Below, in pieces: positions 26,886 to 36,160 of a DNA stretch of 43,712 bases. The position numbers and the translations under genes were made by a program. This DNA comes from Tolypothrix carrinoi HA7290-LM1. Its GTDB lineage: Bacteria; Cyanobacteriota; Cyanobacteriia; Cyanobacteriales; Nostocaceae. Each line of letters starts with the position of its first letter. The stretch's first letter is position 1. Location of the stretch: the NCBI GenBank assembly GCA_019358935.1, contig JAHHIK010000069.1, positions 1-43,712 on the forward strand, in the 5' to 3' direction. The notes below the pieces were generated by a model. That model was not told the origin of the DNA. It worked only from the letters and a program-made list of their open reading frames with translations, and ran no database searches.

Positions 26886-27704
26886 TTATAAATTCCACAT
26901 ATCATTTTTATCTGGCTTTGAGCCTGATAGCCTTTCACGGAGGCGTTCTCGATCTTCATTAGCTTTGTTTAGTTCTGCTTGTACTTCTTGTAACTGTCCT
27001 TGTAGGCGATTACGTTCTTGTTCAACGTTGAGCAATTTTGCCTCAATTTGAGAAAGCTCTGCTTTAAGTTGAATTTGTGAGCAATTCGCCTGATGTTGTA
27101 ACTCTGATTTTTCGTTTTCTAATTTTTTGATATTATCCTGAAGATTATTTTGTTGTTGTTTGAAAGATTCTAAAGTAGCTTGAAACTGCGATCGCTCTTG
27201 TTCATATGTGTTAATTCTCTGTAAGAGACGCTCGTTTTCTTGCGTAAGTTCTGCAACCTGACTTTGCAGGTGCGATCGCTCTTGCTCAACTGTGATTTTC
27301 TCCCTAGTGATAGTCTCTGTTTGCGATTGGAGTTGCGATCGCTCCTGTTGAATTAGCTGTAATTTTGTACTCAAATCGTTTTTCTCGTGATTTAAGGATT
27401 CTATTTGTGATTCTAGGTGCGATCGCTCTTGTGCAAATTGTGATTCGCTCTGGTGTATGACTGTCTCTAACCTAGTTTTTTCTTGTTGTAATTGTGCGAT
27501 TTCTGCGGCTGATAGAGCAGGTAACCGTTGCTGCTTCACCCAAATTTCTTGTGCCCAGTTTAACTTTATCTTTTCTTTAGATATATACGCATCAGGTATC
27601 TGCCCCACAAATGTCAAGGGATAGGGCGTTAAATCCCAGCTACAAATTTGGCAAGTTCCCTCACCTTCTGTGTATTCAGAATTGCAAACAGGACAATTTT
27701 TCAT
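26886..27704 (-). CDS. Zn-knuckle plus long coiled-coil protein
   Basis: CPVC..CQIC N-terminus; repeated QERS heptads. Confidence 0.85.
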   Translation of the reverse strand: MKNCPVCNSEYTEGEGTCQICSWDLTPYPLTFVGQIPDAYISKEKIKLNWAQEIWVKQQRLPALSAAEIAQLQQEKTRLETVIHQSESQFAQERSHLESQIESLNHEKNDLSTKLQLIQQERSQLQSQTETITREKITVEQERSHLQSQVAELTQENERLLQRINTYEQERSQFQATLESFKQQQNNLQDNIKKLENEKSELQHQANCSQIQLKAELSQIEAKLLNVEQERNRLQGQLQEVQAELNKANEDRERLRERLSGSKPDKNDMWNL

Positions 27705-27707
27705 AAT

Positions 27708-30248
27708 TTAGTTCAAACTAGGAATGTCACTAATTGCAAAAGTCAGCATTGCTTCTCCAGTTAAATTCTCCCGCGATATTCTATTCTTCAACTGCCGAAG
27801 CATTTTTTCGTAAAATTTTCGCACATCTCGTCCATTGCCGAAGTTTCTGTGGCGATAATTATACATTCTATGAAAAACCTCCCTCAACTTCTTAACTACG
27901 TTTTCTGGACACTTGATTTGATTTTGCTTGCATAGTCCCATGAAAATCTCAAAAAGTTCTGTGCGGTTATAGTCAGGAAATTCGATCCTGTCACCAATTC
28001 GCGAGACAATTCCCGAATTAGCGTTGAGAAACTCCTCCATTTCCAGGGAATAGCCTGCGAGAATTACTACCAGACGATGGCGTTGATTTTCCATCATTGG
28101 TACTAGGGTATCAATCGCTTCCAGTCCAAAACTCGACCCAGCTAAAGAATATGCCTCATCGATAAACAAAACACCATCTAGAGCAGATTGAATAACTTTT
28201 TTGGTTTTGGGTGCGGTTTGTCCAACATATTCGGCAACAAGGTCGCTGTATCCCACTTCCACAAGATGTCCTTTCTTCAGTAACCCCAAGGCTTTAAAGA
28301 TTTCGCCAACTATCCGAGCCACAGTTGTTTTACCTGTACCGGGATTGCCGAGAAACAACAAATGTCTGGTTTCTAAAGTACTAACTGAATCATAGCCTTC
28401 TGCTTTCAGGCGTTGGTTGGCTCTTTCGGTGTTAACTAATTCATTGACCCTTTGCTTCACATTTTGCAACCCAATCATGTTATCCAGTTTTTGCAAGAGT
28501 TGCCGTAGATGATCTTTGTCTTTGATTCCTTGTTGGCTGATTTCTCGCTCTTCGGGTGGTAAATCCTCTAATTGAAAGGGTTCGCGGAATACATCTAAAT
28601 TTTGTTGTAAAATCCTTTGCGCTCGCCTGGGATACATTGCTTTAAACAGGTTCTCCACAAGTCCGGCGTTGCCAAACTGGGCATCTCGCTCCTCATAGAG
28701 TCGGGTAAATAAATTTCTAAGTGCTGTTTCTAGCTGAGGCGCGATGACTCCTTGTACCTCGGAGACTTTCTGGCGAAAAATTGCCATCAGTTCTTCTGGT
28801 TGATAGTCTTCAAACAGGACTTCCATGGGAAAACGTCTCTTTAGTCCTGGGTTAGAGTTGATAAACTCATTTATATTGTCAGGATAACCTGCAATAATTA
28901 CAGCTAAACGCTTCTTGTCATCCTCCATTCGCTTAAGTAACGTGTTGATAGCTTCTAAACCAAAATTATCGTTTTCTCCTTGGTTAAGATTATAAGCTTC
29001 ATCAATGAAAAGAACCCCATCTAGAGCTCTGTCGATCACACTATCTGTCTTCATCGCCGTTTGCCCTACGTACCCAGCCACCAAATCTTGACGCGCCACT
29101 TCCACAACGTGTCCCTGTTGTAGTAGCCCTAAATCTCGATAAATTTCGCCAATGAGTCTAGCAATTGTAGTTTTACCTGTTCCAGGATTACCCTTAAACA
29201 CTAGATGCAAACGAGGTGGCTCTGTCACCAGACCTTGCTGCTGATATATTTTCTCAATTTTCAACACGTCTGCTTTTTGTCTGACCACTGCTTTTAACGA
29301 CTGCAACCCAATCATTCCCTGGAGACGCTCTAAAGCAGGTTCGGTAGAGACATTGCCTGAAAGCCATTTCTGTTTTCTCGCTTCTACTAAAGAAATTTCC
29401 TGAGCTTCATCGAAGCGAGCGTACCAGTTATTCAAGGTGTAATTTTCTGCGGACATCCATTGCGACAGACGTTGAATCGTCCCCCAGTTAACAGGCTTAG
29501 GTTTCTTTTGATCGAGACGAAAATAGTGGATTAAATGCTCAATCTCATCGGCTCTGGGCGCACCTAAACGGCAAATATTTAATGATTGCCCTGCTTGTTC
29601 TCGATGTAGCAGGAAGTTATGCAGGTAAGTAAAACGATGACGCTCACAAAATTCTGCCAGAACGTTGCGATTATCGCACTGAAATACAAAAATACAACGA
29701 TTACGATTACTAGCTGGCAGACGTGACCATTCAATAATGCGCCCGAATAATTCCTGTTGATTAGTGAAGTAGGCTAGACCTTCAGCATCAGTAAACACGA
29801 TCGCTGATCGTAGCTCTGGCTCTTCCATCGCTGTCTGAAAATGGGGAATTACCGTAATATCCCTCATCAGCGATGGGGCGGAAGTAGAAGCAGTAGGGGT
29901 AGGAGTCACAGGTTCAGACCTATTTGGCAATAGTCTTTTTCTCCGTCCTAATGGCCCTGGTGTGACCATCATTTCATTGCTTGCCAGTGATAATACATTG
30001 GTAGAAGCGCGACGAGGTAGACAGCGATCGCGAGATTCGCCATCTAGAAAATAAAGTTTGCGATGCTGATTAAAGAAGAGGATACGCTGATATCCCTGGG
30101 ACTTGAGATATCGATGTAACACCCATTCAATATCACGCAGCAGCAAATCCGATGTACAAAATTGGTCGCTGGTGTTTGCGCCATAAAGAATGATGAAGCG
30201 ATCGCCTGCTGCTAAGTTCAATCCTGCCGTAACTCTCTCGACAGTCAT
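27708..30248 (-). CDS. Tandem AAA+ ATPase of the SpoVK/CbbX/EccA family
   Basis: Two modules, each with MIGL, GNPGTGKTT, LV..YVGQTA, GVLFIDEAY, AGY, FGN. Confidence 0.93.
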   Translation of the reverse strand: MTVERVTAGLNLAAGDRFIILYGANTSDQFCTSDLLLRDIEWVLHRYLKSQGYQRILFFNQHRKLYFLDGESRDRCLPRRASTNVLSLASNEMMVTPGPLGRRKRLLPNRSEPVTPTPTASTSAPSLMRDITVIPHFQTAMEEPELRSAIVFTDAEGLAYFTNQQELFGRIIEWSRLPASNRNRCIFVFQCDNRNVLAEFCERHRFTYLHNFLLHREQAGQSLNICRLGAPRADEIEHLIHYFRLDQKKPKPVNWGTIQRLSQWMSAENYTLNNWYARFDEAQEISLVEARKQKWLSGNVSTEPALERLQGMIGLQSLKAVVRQKADVLKIEKIYQQQGLVTEPPRLHLVFKGNPGTGKTTIARLIGEIYRDLGLLQQGHVVEVARQDLVAGYVGQTAMKTDSVIDRALDGVLFIDEAYNLNQGENDNFGLEAINTLLKRMEDDKKRLAVIIAGYPDNINEFINSNPGLKRRFPMEVLFEDYQPEELMAIFRQKVSEVQGVIAPQLETALRNLFTRLYEERDAQFGNAGLVENLFKAMYPRRAQRILQQNLDVFREPFQLEDLPPEEREISQQGIKDKDHLRQLLQKLDNMIGLQNVKQRVNELVNTERANQRLKAEGYDSVSTLETRHLLFLGNPGTGKTTVARIVGEIFKALGLLKKGHLVEVGYSDLVAEYVGQTAPKTKKVIQSALDGVLFIDEAYSLAGSSFGLEAIDTLVPMMENQRHRLVVILAGYSLEMEEFLNANSGIVSRIGDRIEFPDYNRTELFEIFMGLCKQNQIKCPENVVKKLREVFHRMYNYRHRNFGNGRDVRKFYEKMLRQLKNRISRENLTGEAMLTFAISDIPSLN

Positions 30249-30261
30249 ATCTATACTACTT

Positions 30262-31755
30262 TTATGATTCTTGTGCAGTCTGATTTACCTGTTCAGTTCT
30301 ACTGACCTGTTGTTGCAAGGCATCCTGAAATAAGGTCTCGATATCGCTTCTTGGCTGCTCTCTGCATACTGTGTCACCTTGAGTTTCTATACCCTGAGAT
30401 TTAAGAGCATCAAAAATTGCCTCAGCGTTCTCTTGTTGGGCAGTTTCATCCCGTAATATTTGACCAAACGAATTAATAGAAACCAAATTCTTACCAAACT
30501 CCTTGTCAGGGCTGATAATAGTGACTACCTCACCCTGGTTGTTATCTCTCAACTTTAAGATATAAGCCTTACGCTCATCATTCCCTTCGTAGATAGAATC
30601 TGCATGAGGATTAATTAAAACATATCCCATGCGACTTAAAACACCCGCTACCTTGTCCGCAATTTCTGCTCTTAACTGCGAACTCAAAATCTCTCGCTGT
30701 GCCTGTTCTACAATCTCAGCTAAACAAGGCTGTAGCTCTTCAATCTGCTGAGCAATTTCGCGGATTTGCTCCGTCGTTAAAGTTGATTCACCTGTTTGCA
30801 GACGGGTTTCAATTTCCTGGAGTTTTTGCTCATATTTTTTGAGGTTACCATTTGTCCAATAATCTACTTCTAAGCGGAACTTTTGCGATTCATCGGCTTG
30901 CCCAATTTCAATTTCATATTCACGATTGGCTTGTACCTCTGCAATTAAGCTTCTTAAATCTTCCAGAGCGGCATTATAGAGGAGCTCCCATTCCTGCTGC
31001 TTTAGCTCTAGCTCCAAACGCAAGTCAGCAAGTTTAAAGTAGGTTTGTTGGCTAATGGCGATCGCTGCTTCTAGTACACCATCTTGAATATTATTCCGAG
31101 CCAGTTTTATCTCCCGTGTGAGGTCATTGAGTTTACCAGGAGCAAAGCGTTGATGTTGGTAGTTGCGATCTATCTGCTCCCAAATCGTCTGTACGTCATC
31201 CAGAATATCCTGAGCTAAAGTAGCTTTATCCTGCTTTTCTTGCTCCAGCCGTTGCTGCAATTGTTCACGTGCTTGACGCTCTTCGTCTATGAGTTCTGTA
31301 AACTTCCGATCGAGATTTTGATTGAGTTCGAGATACTCTTTCCTTTGTTCTGCTGTAATTTCAAGAAATAGGCGGCGCTGCTCATTAAAACCCTCGCGCA
31401 TCGCATCTTCTAGGCGTTCTACCTCAGATTTGAGTGCTTCTTGCTGCTTACTTTCCGAATCACGAATTGCTTTTTGGAATTCTTTGCGTTGTTCCCGCAA
31501 GCGTTGATGAGTTTGCAACTCTAAAATTGCCAAGTTACTTTTGAGTTTCCGAGCTTCCTGCTCCTGTTGTTGCGATCGTTGCTCCAAAGGTGCAAGACGT
31601 TGCTGTAACTCTCGATTTGCCTCTTCTCGGATAGCATTAAGACGCTCCGGGAGGTCTCGCTGTAAAGAGCGCAATCTACTGTCTTGTTCACGTAATCTAC
31701 GCAGTTCCTGCTCTTCAACATTCACATAGCGACGCTTCTCTCCACTCATAGCCAT
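30262..31755 (-). CDS. Long coiled-coil protein with globular C-terminal domain; first gene of the AAA operon
   Basis: E/Q/R-rich heptads; MSGEKRR N-terminus; AGGAG RBS; 13 nt upstream of the AAA gene. Confidence 0.85.
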   Translation of the reverse strand: MAMSGEKRRYVNVEEQELRRLREQDSRLRSLQRDLPERLNAIREEANRELQQRLAPLEQRSQQQEQEARKLKSNLAILELQTHQRLREQRKEFQKAIRDSESKQQEALKSEVERLEDAMREGFNEQRRLFLEITAEQRKEYLELNQNLDRKFTELIDEERQAREQLQQRLEQEKQDKATLAQDILDDVQTIWEQIDRNYQHQRFAPGKLNDLTREIKLARNNIQDGVLEAAIAISQQTYFKLADLRLELELKQQEWELLYNAALEDLRSLIAEVQANREYEIEIGQADESQKFRLEVDYWTNGNLKKYEQKLQEIETRLQTGESTLTTEQIREIAQQIEELQPCLAEIVEQAQREILSSQLRAEIADKVAGVLSRMGYVLINPHADSIYEGNDERKAYILKLRDNNQGEVVTIISPDKEFGKNLVSINSFGQILRDETAQQENAEAIFDALKSQGIETQGDTVCREQPRSDIETLFQDALQQQVSRTEQVNQTAQES

Positions 31756-32044
31756 CTCCTTGCTATCTTCATTGATAGAAGCCTCAAAGTTTCTATTGAG
31801 GACTAATTTTTCAAATAACGTGCAAAAAGCTAGGTTAGAAAATAGATCATGACTTGCAAAGAATTGATTTCTCTGTAGTCATTGAAATGTTTTGAAATCT
31901 TAATAAAGGATTTAACCTAGCACTCCTCAGAGAAGAAAATTAATCTAGGATATTGATATTTATGATGAATGACACAAGTTTTTTAGATACTTGCAAAAAA
32001 ATGTATCACTAATTCGTTAGTATAGCAATAATCTTTACTAAATG

Positions 32045-32502
32045 ACCCCAGGACAAGCGTGCGATTTAGATGGATCTGACCCAATACGGTTCAGTTAAGG
32101 ATTTTTGGGACTGATTTTAGACCTGTAGAGACGCGAAATTTCACGTCTCTACACTCGTATTTTGGGCTTAACTGAACCGTATTGGGATCTGACCAACTAT
32201 TGCCTGAGTTAGTGGCTGACACCGTACTTGCTGACAAAGCATACGATGCGGTGAAGCGAGTGATTGAACCACTCCTGGCTCAAGGCAAGACAGTGCTGAT
32301 TCCGCCTTGATCGTAACCGCACCACAGCGCGTGATTACGATCAAGACTTGTACAAAGCCCGCCAACGGAAGTGAAAACTTTTTTGCCAAGCTCAAGCAGT
32401 ACAGGGCAATCGCCACCCGCTATGACAAACGTGCCAACAACTTTTTTGGTGCGATTTATTTGGCTGCTTCTGTTATCTGGTTGAATTGATGACACGCCCT
32501 AG
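32045..32502 (+). mobile_element. Truncated IS5-family remnant (3' part of transposase plus right end)
   Basis: TPGQACDLDGSDQLL..VLADKAYDA..ENFFAKLKQYRAIATRYDKRANNFFGAIYLA; end aattgatgacacgccctag; frameshifted. Confidence 0.85.
32082..32184. mobile_element. Nezha-like MITE (18-bp TIR, 10-bp TSD) nested in the IS5 remnant
   Basis: TIR CAATACGGTTCAGTTAAG / CTTAACTGAACCGTATTG; TSD GGATCTGACC at 32072 and 32185; internal GTAGAGACG hairpin 32124-32153. Confidence 0.9.
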
Positions 32503-32878
32503 TAAGAGAATCTTTAAAAATTCTTAAATTAAACCTATTGCCTCAACAGTAACCAAATCATTGCAATATACACAAAATTTTGAGATTCTACGAGACAGAG
32601 GGAGTGTGATGGTTGTGTACAATGAGGATTACAGCTAATTGAAAATACCGTGGGCACACGTAAATTAATCACGCCTGTGGAGAAAACGACCTCTGCTTGG
32701 AACTAGAAATAGAAACAACTAAGTCAACTCAAAGAAGCAGGAAATCCTCAAGAGCGATGAGAGCAATCCCCATTCCGTTACGAAGCGTAATGTGGCGAAA
32801 ATGTCAAAAGACAAGTCAAAGTAAATATTTCATTAACGATATCAACCTCTTCATATCCATTGATAAAGGATAGGTTCT

Positions 32879-33352
32879 ATGGCAGCAATGACAATGACGG
32901 CTACGGCAATTGGTACCCTGTTTCTAATGAAAATTGGCGAGGGGGCAGCGACAAAAGTTGGGGAACAATTTGTTGAGAAAATTAGGGAGTTGCTATCACC
33001 ACTAGTGCGTGAAAAAGCTAGTAAATTGCTATCACTGCTTCGTATAAAACTTCCAAATACAGCAAAGGCTATAGAACAAGCCCCCAATTCTCCGTTAAAT
33101 GTGGATACGGCTGAGGTTGAGATAAAACAAGCTATTCAGAACGACGGTGAACTTGCTCAAGCCATCCGGGAAGTAGATGAAGTAGTAAAGGCTGATCCAA
33201 AGCTTACTCAAGCGGTTAAAGAAGTGGTAGACGATTTAAAGTCTAAACCATTAACCAACCAAAGTTTTACAAACATAATCGAAAAAGTAGTGAACTTGGC
33301 TCAGGGAACAGGCTCTAGCATTAAAATTGATAACCAAACCATACACCTTTGA
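32879..33352 (+). CDS. Bell-like helical protein with C-terminal candidate amyloid motif
   Basis: Hydrophobic Gly-rich N-terminal helix TATAIGTLFLMKIGEGAATKVGE, helical core, C-terminal IEKVVNLAQGTGSSIKIDNQTIHL. Confidence 0.65.
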   Translation: MAAMTMTATAIGTLFLMKIGEGAATKVGEQFVEKIRELLSPLVREKASKLLSLLRIKLPNTAKAIEQAPNSPLNVDTAEVEIKQAIQNDGELAQAIREVDEVVKADPKLTQAVKEVVDDLKSKPLTNQSFTNIIEKVVNLAQGTGSSIKIDNQTIHL

Positions 33353-33386
33353 CTAAGTCACCTAAAGAGGTACGGGCAAAGTTAAA

Positions 33387-33436
33387 TGCCAATAGTTTTA
33401 TAGCTATTCTTTGCCAATAGTTTTATAGCTATTCTT
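33387..33436. repeat. 25-bp tandem duplication
   Basis: tgccaatagttttatagctattctt x2. Confidence 0.9.
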
Positions 33437-33561
33437 TTGTCAATAAGCAATTATACTGTAAATGTCGTCAAATCGCGGTTTGGTTTCCAGTAGCGCTATT
33501 CAATCGCGTTCCAATTCTCGGTAGGGGAGCCACTGTACATTTAGGCTTATGGGAAAAGCTA

Positions 33562-35670
33562 TCACAAATCAATCCCAGAGTCAGAACGATTTGGGGAGTG
33601 CGATGCTCCTTCATGAGCAGCTTGAGGCTTACGCTGAAAAGTCTGCTGCTGTCTCCCCAGAATAGGCGTTTGGTTTTTCTCCGTCTTCTGTTGCATTTCC
33701 AATTGTTTCAATTTTTCTTCAAAATCCAAAAATGCCTTCACCTCGTCATTCGTCAGCCCTTTACCTTGAGGTGGCTTATTTGGATCTATCGGTATAATGG
33801 CAATTGTTTCGCCACTAGTCCGCTTGAGAATATAGGTTTCGTTAGAGAGCAGTAGTTCGTGGCGATCGCTCTTATAATGTTTGCGTTTGTAACCTTGTAG
33901 TTCCCAGTACTTGCGGATAACAGACGCAACTTGATTTGCGTACTGCTGCTGTTGGGCTGCATCCGAGGCTTGGGTTGAAAATTGCTGCAATGTAGGGTTT
34001 TCAGCACTTCTAGCCGATATATTGGACTTCTCTGGTGCTACTTCTTGTAAAGTTGGTTCGGGTTGAATGGTAGTATCTGGTGTGATTGCACCTTGTTGCT
34101 TGATAATTTCTCCAATAATGTATATCGCTTTTGCTTCACTACCAGTTTCTTTTACTAGGTTTTGGAATAATGGTTCAGTACGTAGTTTTATCAACCAATG
34201 AATATTATAAGTTTTAGACGAGTTAGCATTTACTTCTGAAGTTTCCCCTCTATCTTCTGCAATCGAATTTCGATACTGTTCGCTCGATTGTTTATCCGGC
34301 TCAATATTTGTGGTGGTAGAATCTGTATCAGTATCCAAGCTGTTGCTCCTGATATTACGCCCGTCATTGCTAGCAGCCCCGCTAGCCCCTTGTAACTGAA
34401 TATCTGCTCCGACAGCATTATCTTGAACGGGTACTTCTTCGGCAACAACTTCTCTAGTTTTTGAATCGCTGCGTTGGTTTTTTCTATTTCCTTTAGTTGG
34501 TTTAACTGAGTTGCTTGGTTGCCCAATATTTGGTTGTTGGTTTTCTGTTGTTGTTCTATCTTCTGAATCGCTTCTGTCAGGTTGGTTATTAATTGGTTCG
34601 GAGTCGATAGTTGATTCGACAAGGTTTGCATCCCCTCCGATAGCTTGGCTATCTCCGACTTTATCAATACTTGTTGATTCTCTATCGACTGAACTTTCTC
34701 CACCCACTGTGTTAAGGATTGCGGCAATTGGTTCAATACTTGCAGTAATTCGTTTAATGCTTGCTGCATCTGTAAGTCGTTTTCTTCTTCGCTTAAAAGT
34801 TGCGACCACTGTGGCTTGTTGTTGTCCTGATTCGCCATATACTACTCCAAAATACTTTTGTAAACCGGGGAACGAATATCCCTTACCAATTTTATATCCA
34901 GCTATTTTGACATCGTTTATCTCATAGGCAATACCCAATATATTGTCCTGATTATCCAACTTGGGATGGACGATTATATTCTTCTCTTTTAGTCGGCTAA
35001 CTAGTTGAGTAAAGGTTGGTTTATCAGAACAGGCTTCATCAACTGCGTCTGCGATTAATTCGACTACGGGTGGTTTACCTGAAGTGTGCTTTAATTGTTT
35101 GATAGTTTGCGGTTTTCTAAGCGTAGAAGTAACACTTGCTTCTATTCCTATTTCTTGGAGCTTTTGGACAACTTTTTCACTACTGCAAGGTGTTGCTTCT
35201 AACCCAAATTCCTTTTCTAACTTGCGTGCTGCAACTTCGGCTCTACTATAGTCCCACGAATCTGAAACTACAGTAGCATCCATCTTAATTCGAGAAGCGA
35301 TAATATGGATATGCTCGTGTTCTCTATCAGTATGTCTGCCCATTACATACTGGCTTTTTTGCAGTCCCTCACCCAAATATTCCATTTCTTCTAGGAAGCG
35401 TTGACCGACAGTGCCATACTGTAAATCATCTAAATGTTCGTGATATTCGCCTTTGAGATGTTCGCTACTGCGGTGGGGTATTGATAGTATTATATGAGCG
35501 CAAGCATTCTTAAATTCTGGGTTCGAGCGTTTTGCAAGCGAGAATTCTCGTGCTAGTTCGTTTGGTGTAGCACTATTCATATTAGTGCCGATAATCAATG
35601 CACCCTCTTTCCCAAGTACATACTTGAGAGTGGGGAGAAAGTTACCATGCTTAAAGATTTTGGGAATCAA
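33562..35670 (-). CDS. MOBP (MobA/VirD2-like) relaxase
   Basis: TLKYVL (catalytic Tyr), HIILS, RHTDREHEHIHIIASRI HUH motif, LEKEFGL; TTG start. Confidence 0.93.
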   Translation of the reverse strand: MIPKIFKHGNFLPTLKYVLGKEGALIIGTNMNSATPNELAREFSLAKRSNPEFKNACAHIILSIPHRSSEHLKGEYHEHLDDLQYGTVGQRFLEEMEYLGEGLQKSQYVMGRHTDREHEHIHIIASRIKMDATVVSDSWDYSRAEVAARKLEKEFGLEATPCSSEKVVQKLQEIGIEASVTSTLRKPQTIKQLKHTSGKPPVVELIADAVDEACSDKPTFTQLVSRLKEKNIIVHPKLDNQDNILGIAYEINDVKIAGYKIGKGYSFPGLQKYFGVVYGESGQQQATVVATFKRRRKRLTDAASIKRITASIEPIAAILNTVGGESSVDRESTSIDKVGDSQAIGGDANLVESTIDSEPINNQPDRSDSEDRTTTENQQPNIGQPSNSVKPTKGNRKNQRSDSKTREVVAEEVPVQDNAVGADIQLQGASGAASNDGRNIRSNSLDTDTDSTTTNIEPDKQSSEQYRNSIAEDRGETSEVNANSSKTYNIHWLIKLRTEPLFQNLVKETGSEAKAIYIIGEIIKQQGAITPDTTIQPEPTLQEVAPEKSNISARSAENPTLQQFSTQASDAAQQQQYANQVASVIRKYWELQGYKRKHYKSDRHELLLSNETYILKRTSGETIAIIPIDPNKPPQGKGLTNDEVKAFLDFEEKLKQLEMQQKTEKNQTPILGRQQQTFQRKPQAAHEGASHSPNRSDSGIDL
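34230..34838 (-). CDS. Overprinted coiled-coil plus TM protein (MobB-like) nested in the relaxase gene
   Basis: 202 aa in an alternative frame with clean heptads and TM GLAGLLAMTGVISGATAWILI; the host frame is low-complexity here. Confidence 0.7.
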   Translation of the reverse strand: MANQDNNKPQWSQLLSEEENDLQMQQALNELLQVLNQLPQSLTQWVEKVQSIENQQVLIKSEIAKLSEGMQTLSNQLSTPNQLITNLTEAIQKIEQQQKTNNQILGNQATQLNQLKEIEKTNAAIQKLEKLLPKKYPFKIMLSEQIFSYKGLAGLLAMTGVISGATAWILIQILPPQILSRINNRANSIEIRLQKIEGKLQK

Positions 35671-35704
35671 GGTTTATCTAGAGCTACCTAACTATAATTC
35701 AATT

Positions 35705-36121
35705 TTATAAAGTTTCAGTTTCATCATCAATATCTCTATCGATATCTAACAACTGCTGTGTAGTTGTCCACATATCCGAGTGCAGTTGTTCGAGTTGTTC
35801 AACAATATTGCCAATATCATTATTGTCTGCTGTTGCTGTTAAACAAAGTTTAAGTTGGCTGGCAATCAATTTCAATTGTGCTAATTGGTTGTAAAATTGC
35901 CACTGTTCTTTTAATAATGGAGTGGTTATTTTTCGTCTCAGTCCTGCACGACGCAGATATTCAGATATCGACAGTTTGCTATTTAAGGCATATTGCTTGA
36001 TTTTTTCGCTTTCAAGTTGCGAAAAACTAACTGGATGACGGATTGTTCTTTTACTTGTAGTAGTTTCGTCGGTTGTAGATAAAGCCTTATTCTTTTTCTT
36101 TTTCTGACTAAAAGTTGCCAT
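35705..36121 (-). CDS. mobC: Mobilization relaxosome accessory protein (RHH)
   Basis: RTIRHPVSFS..E..I..A...LSISEYLRRAGL; directly upstream of the relaxase. Confidence 0.85.
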   Translation of the reverse strand: MATFSQKKKKNKALSTTDETTTSKRTIRHPVSFSQLESEKIKQYALNSKLSISEYLRRAGLRRKITTPLLKEQWQFYNQLAQLKLIASQLKLCLTATADNNDIGNIVEQLEQLHSDMWTTTQQLLDIDRDIDDETETL

Positions 36122-36160
36122 AGCAAGTTGTGGTTACAACCAACCACCGTAGCTAGCTAA
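36121..36160 (-). other. Candidate oriT/nic region
   Basis: Minus-strand CCACAACTTGCTA next to the small IR gtggtt-acaacc-aaccac, just upstream of mobC. Confidence 0.4.

Noticed and set aside
27708..30248. CbbX Rubisco activase or type VII secretion EccA
   Set aside because: No Rubisco, EccC-like or WXG100 genes seen; only the AAA family is shared
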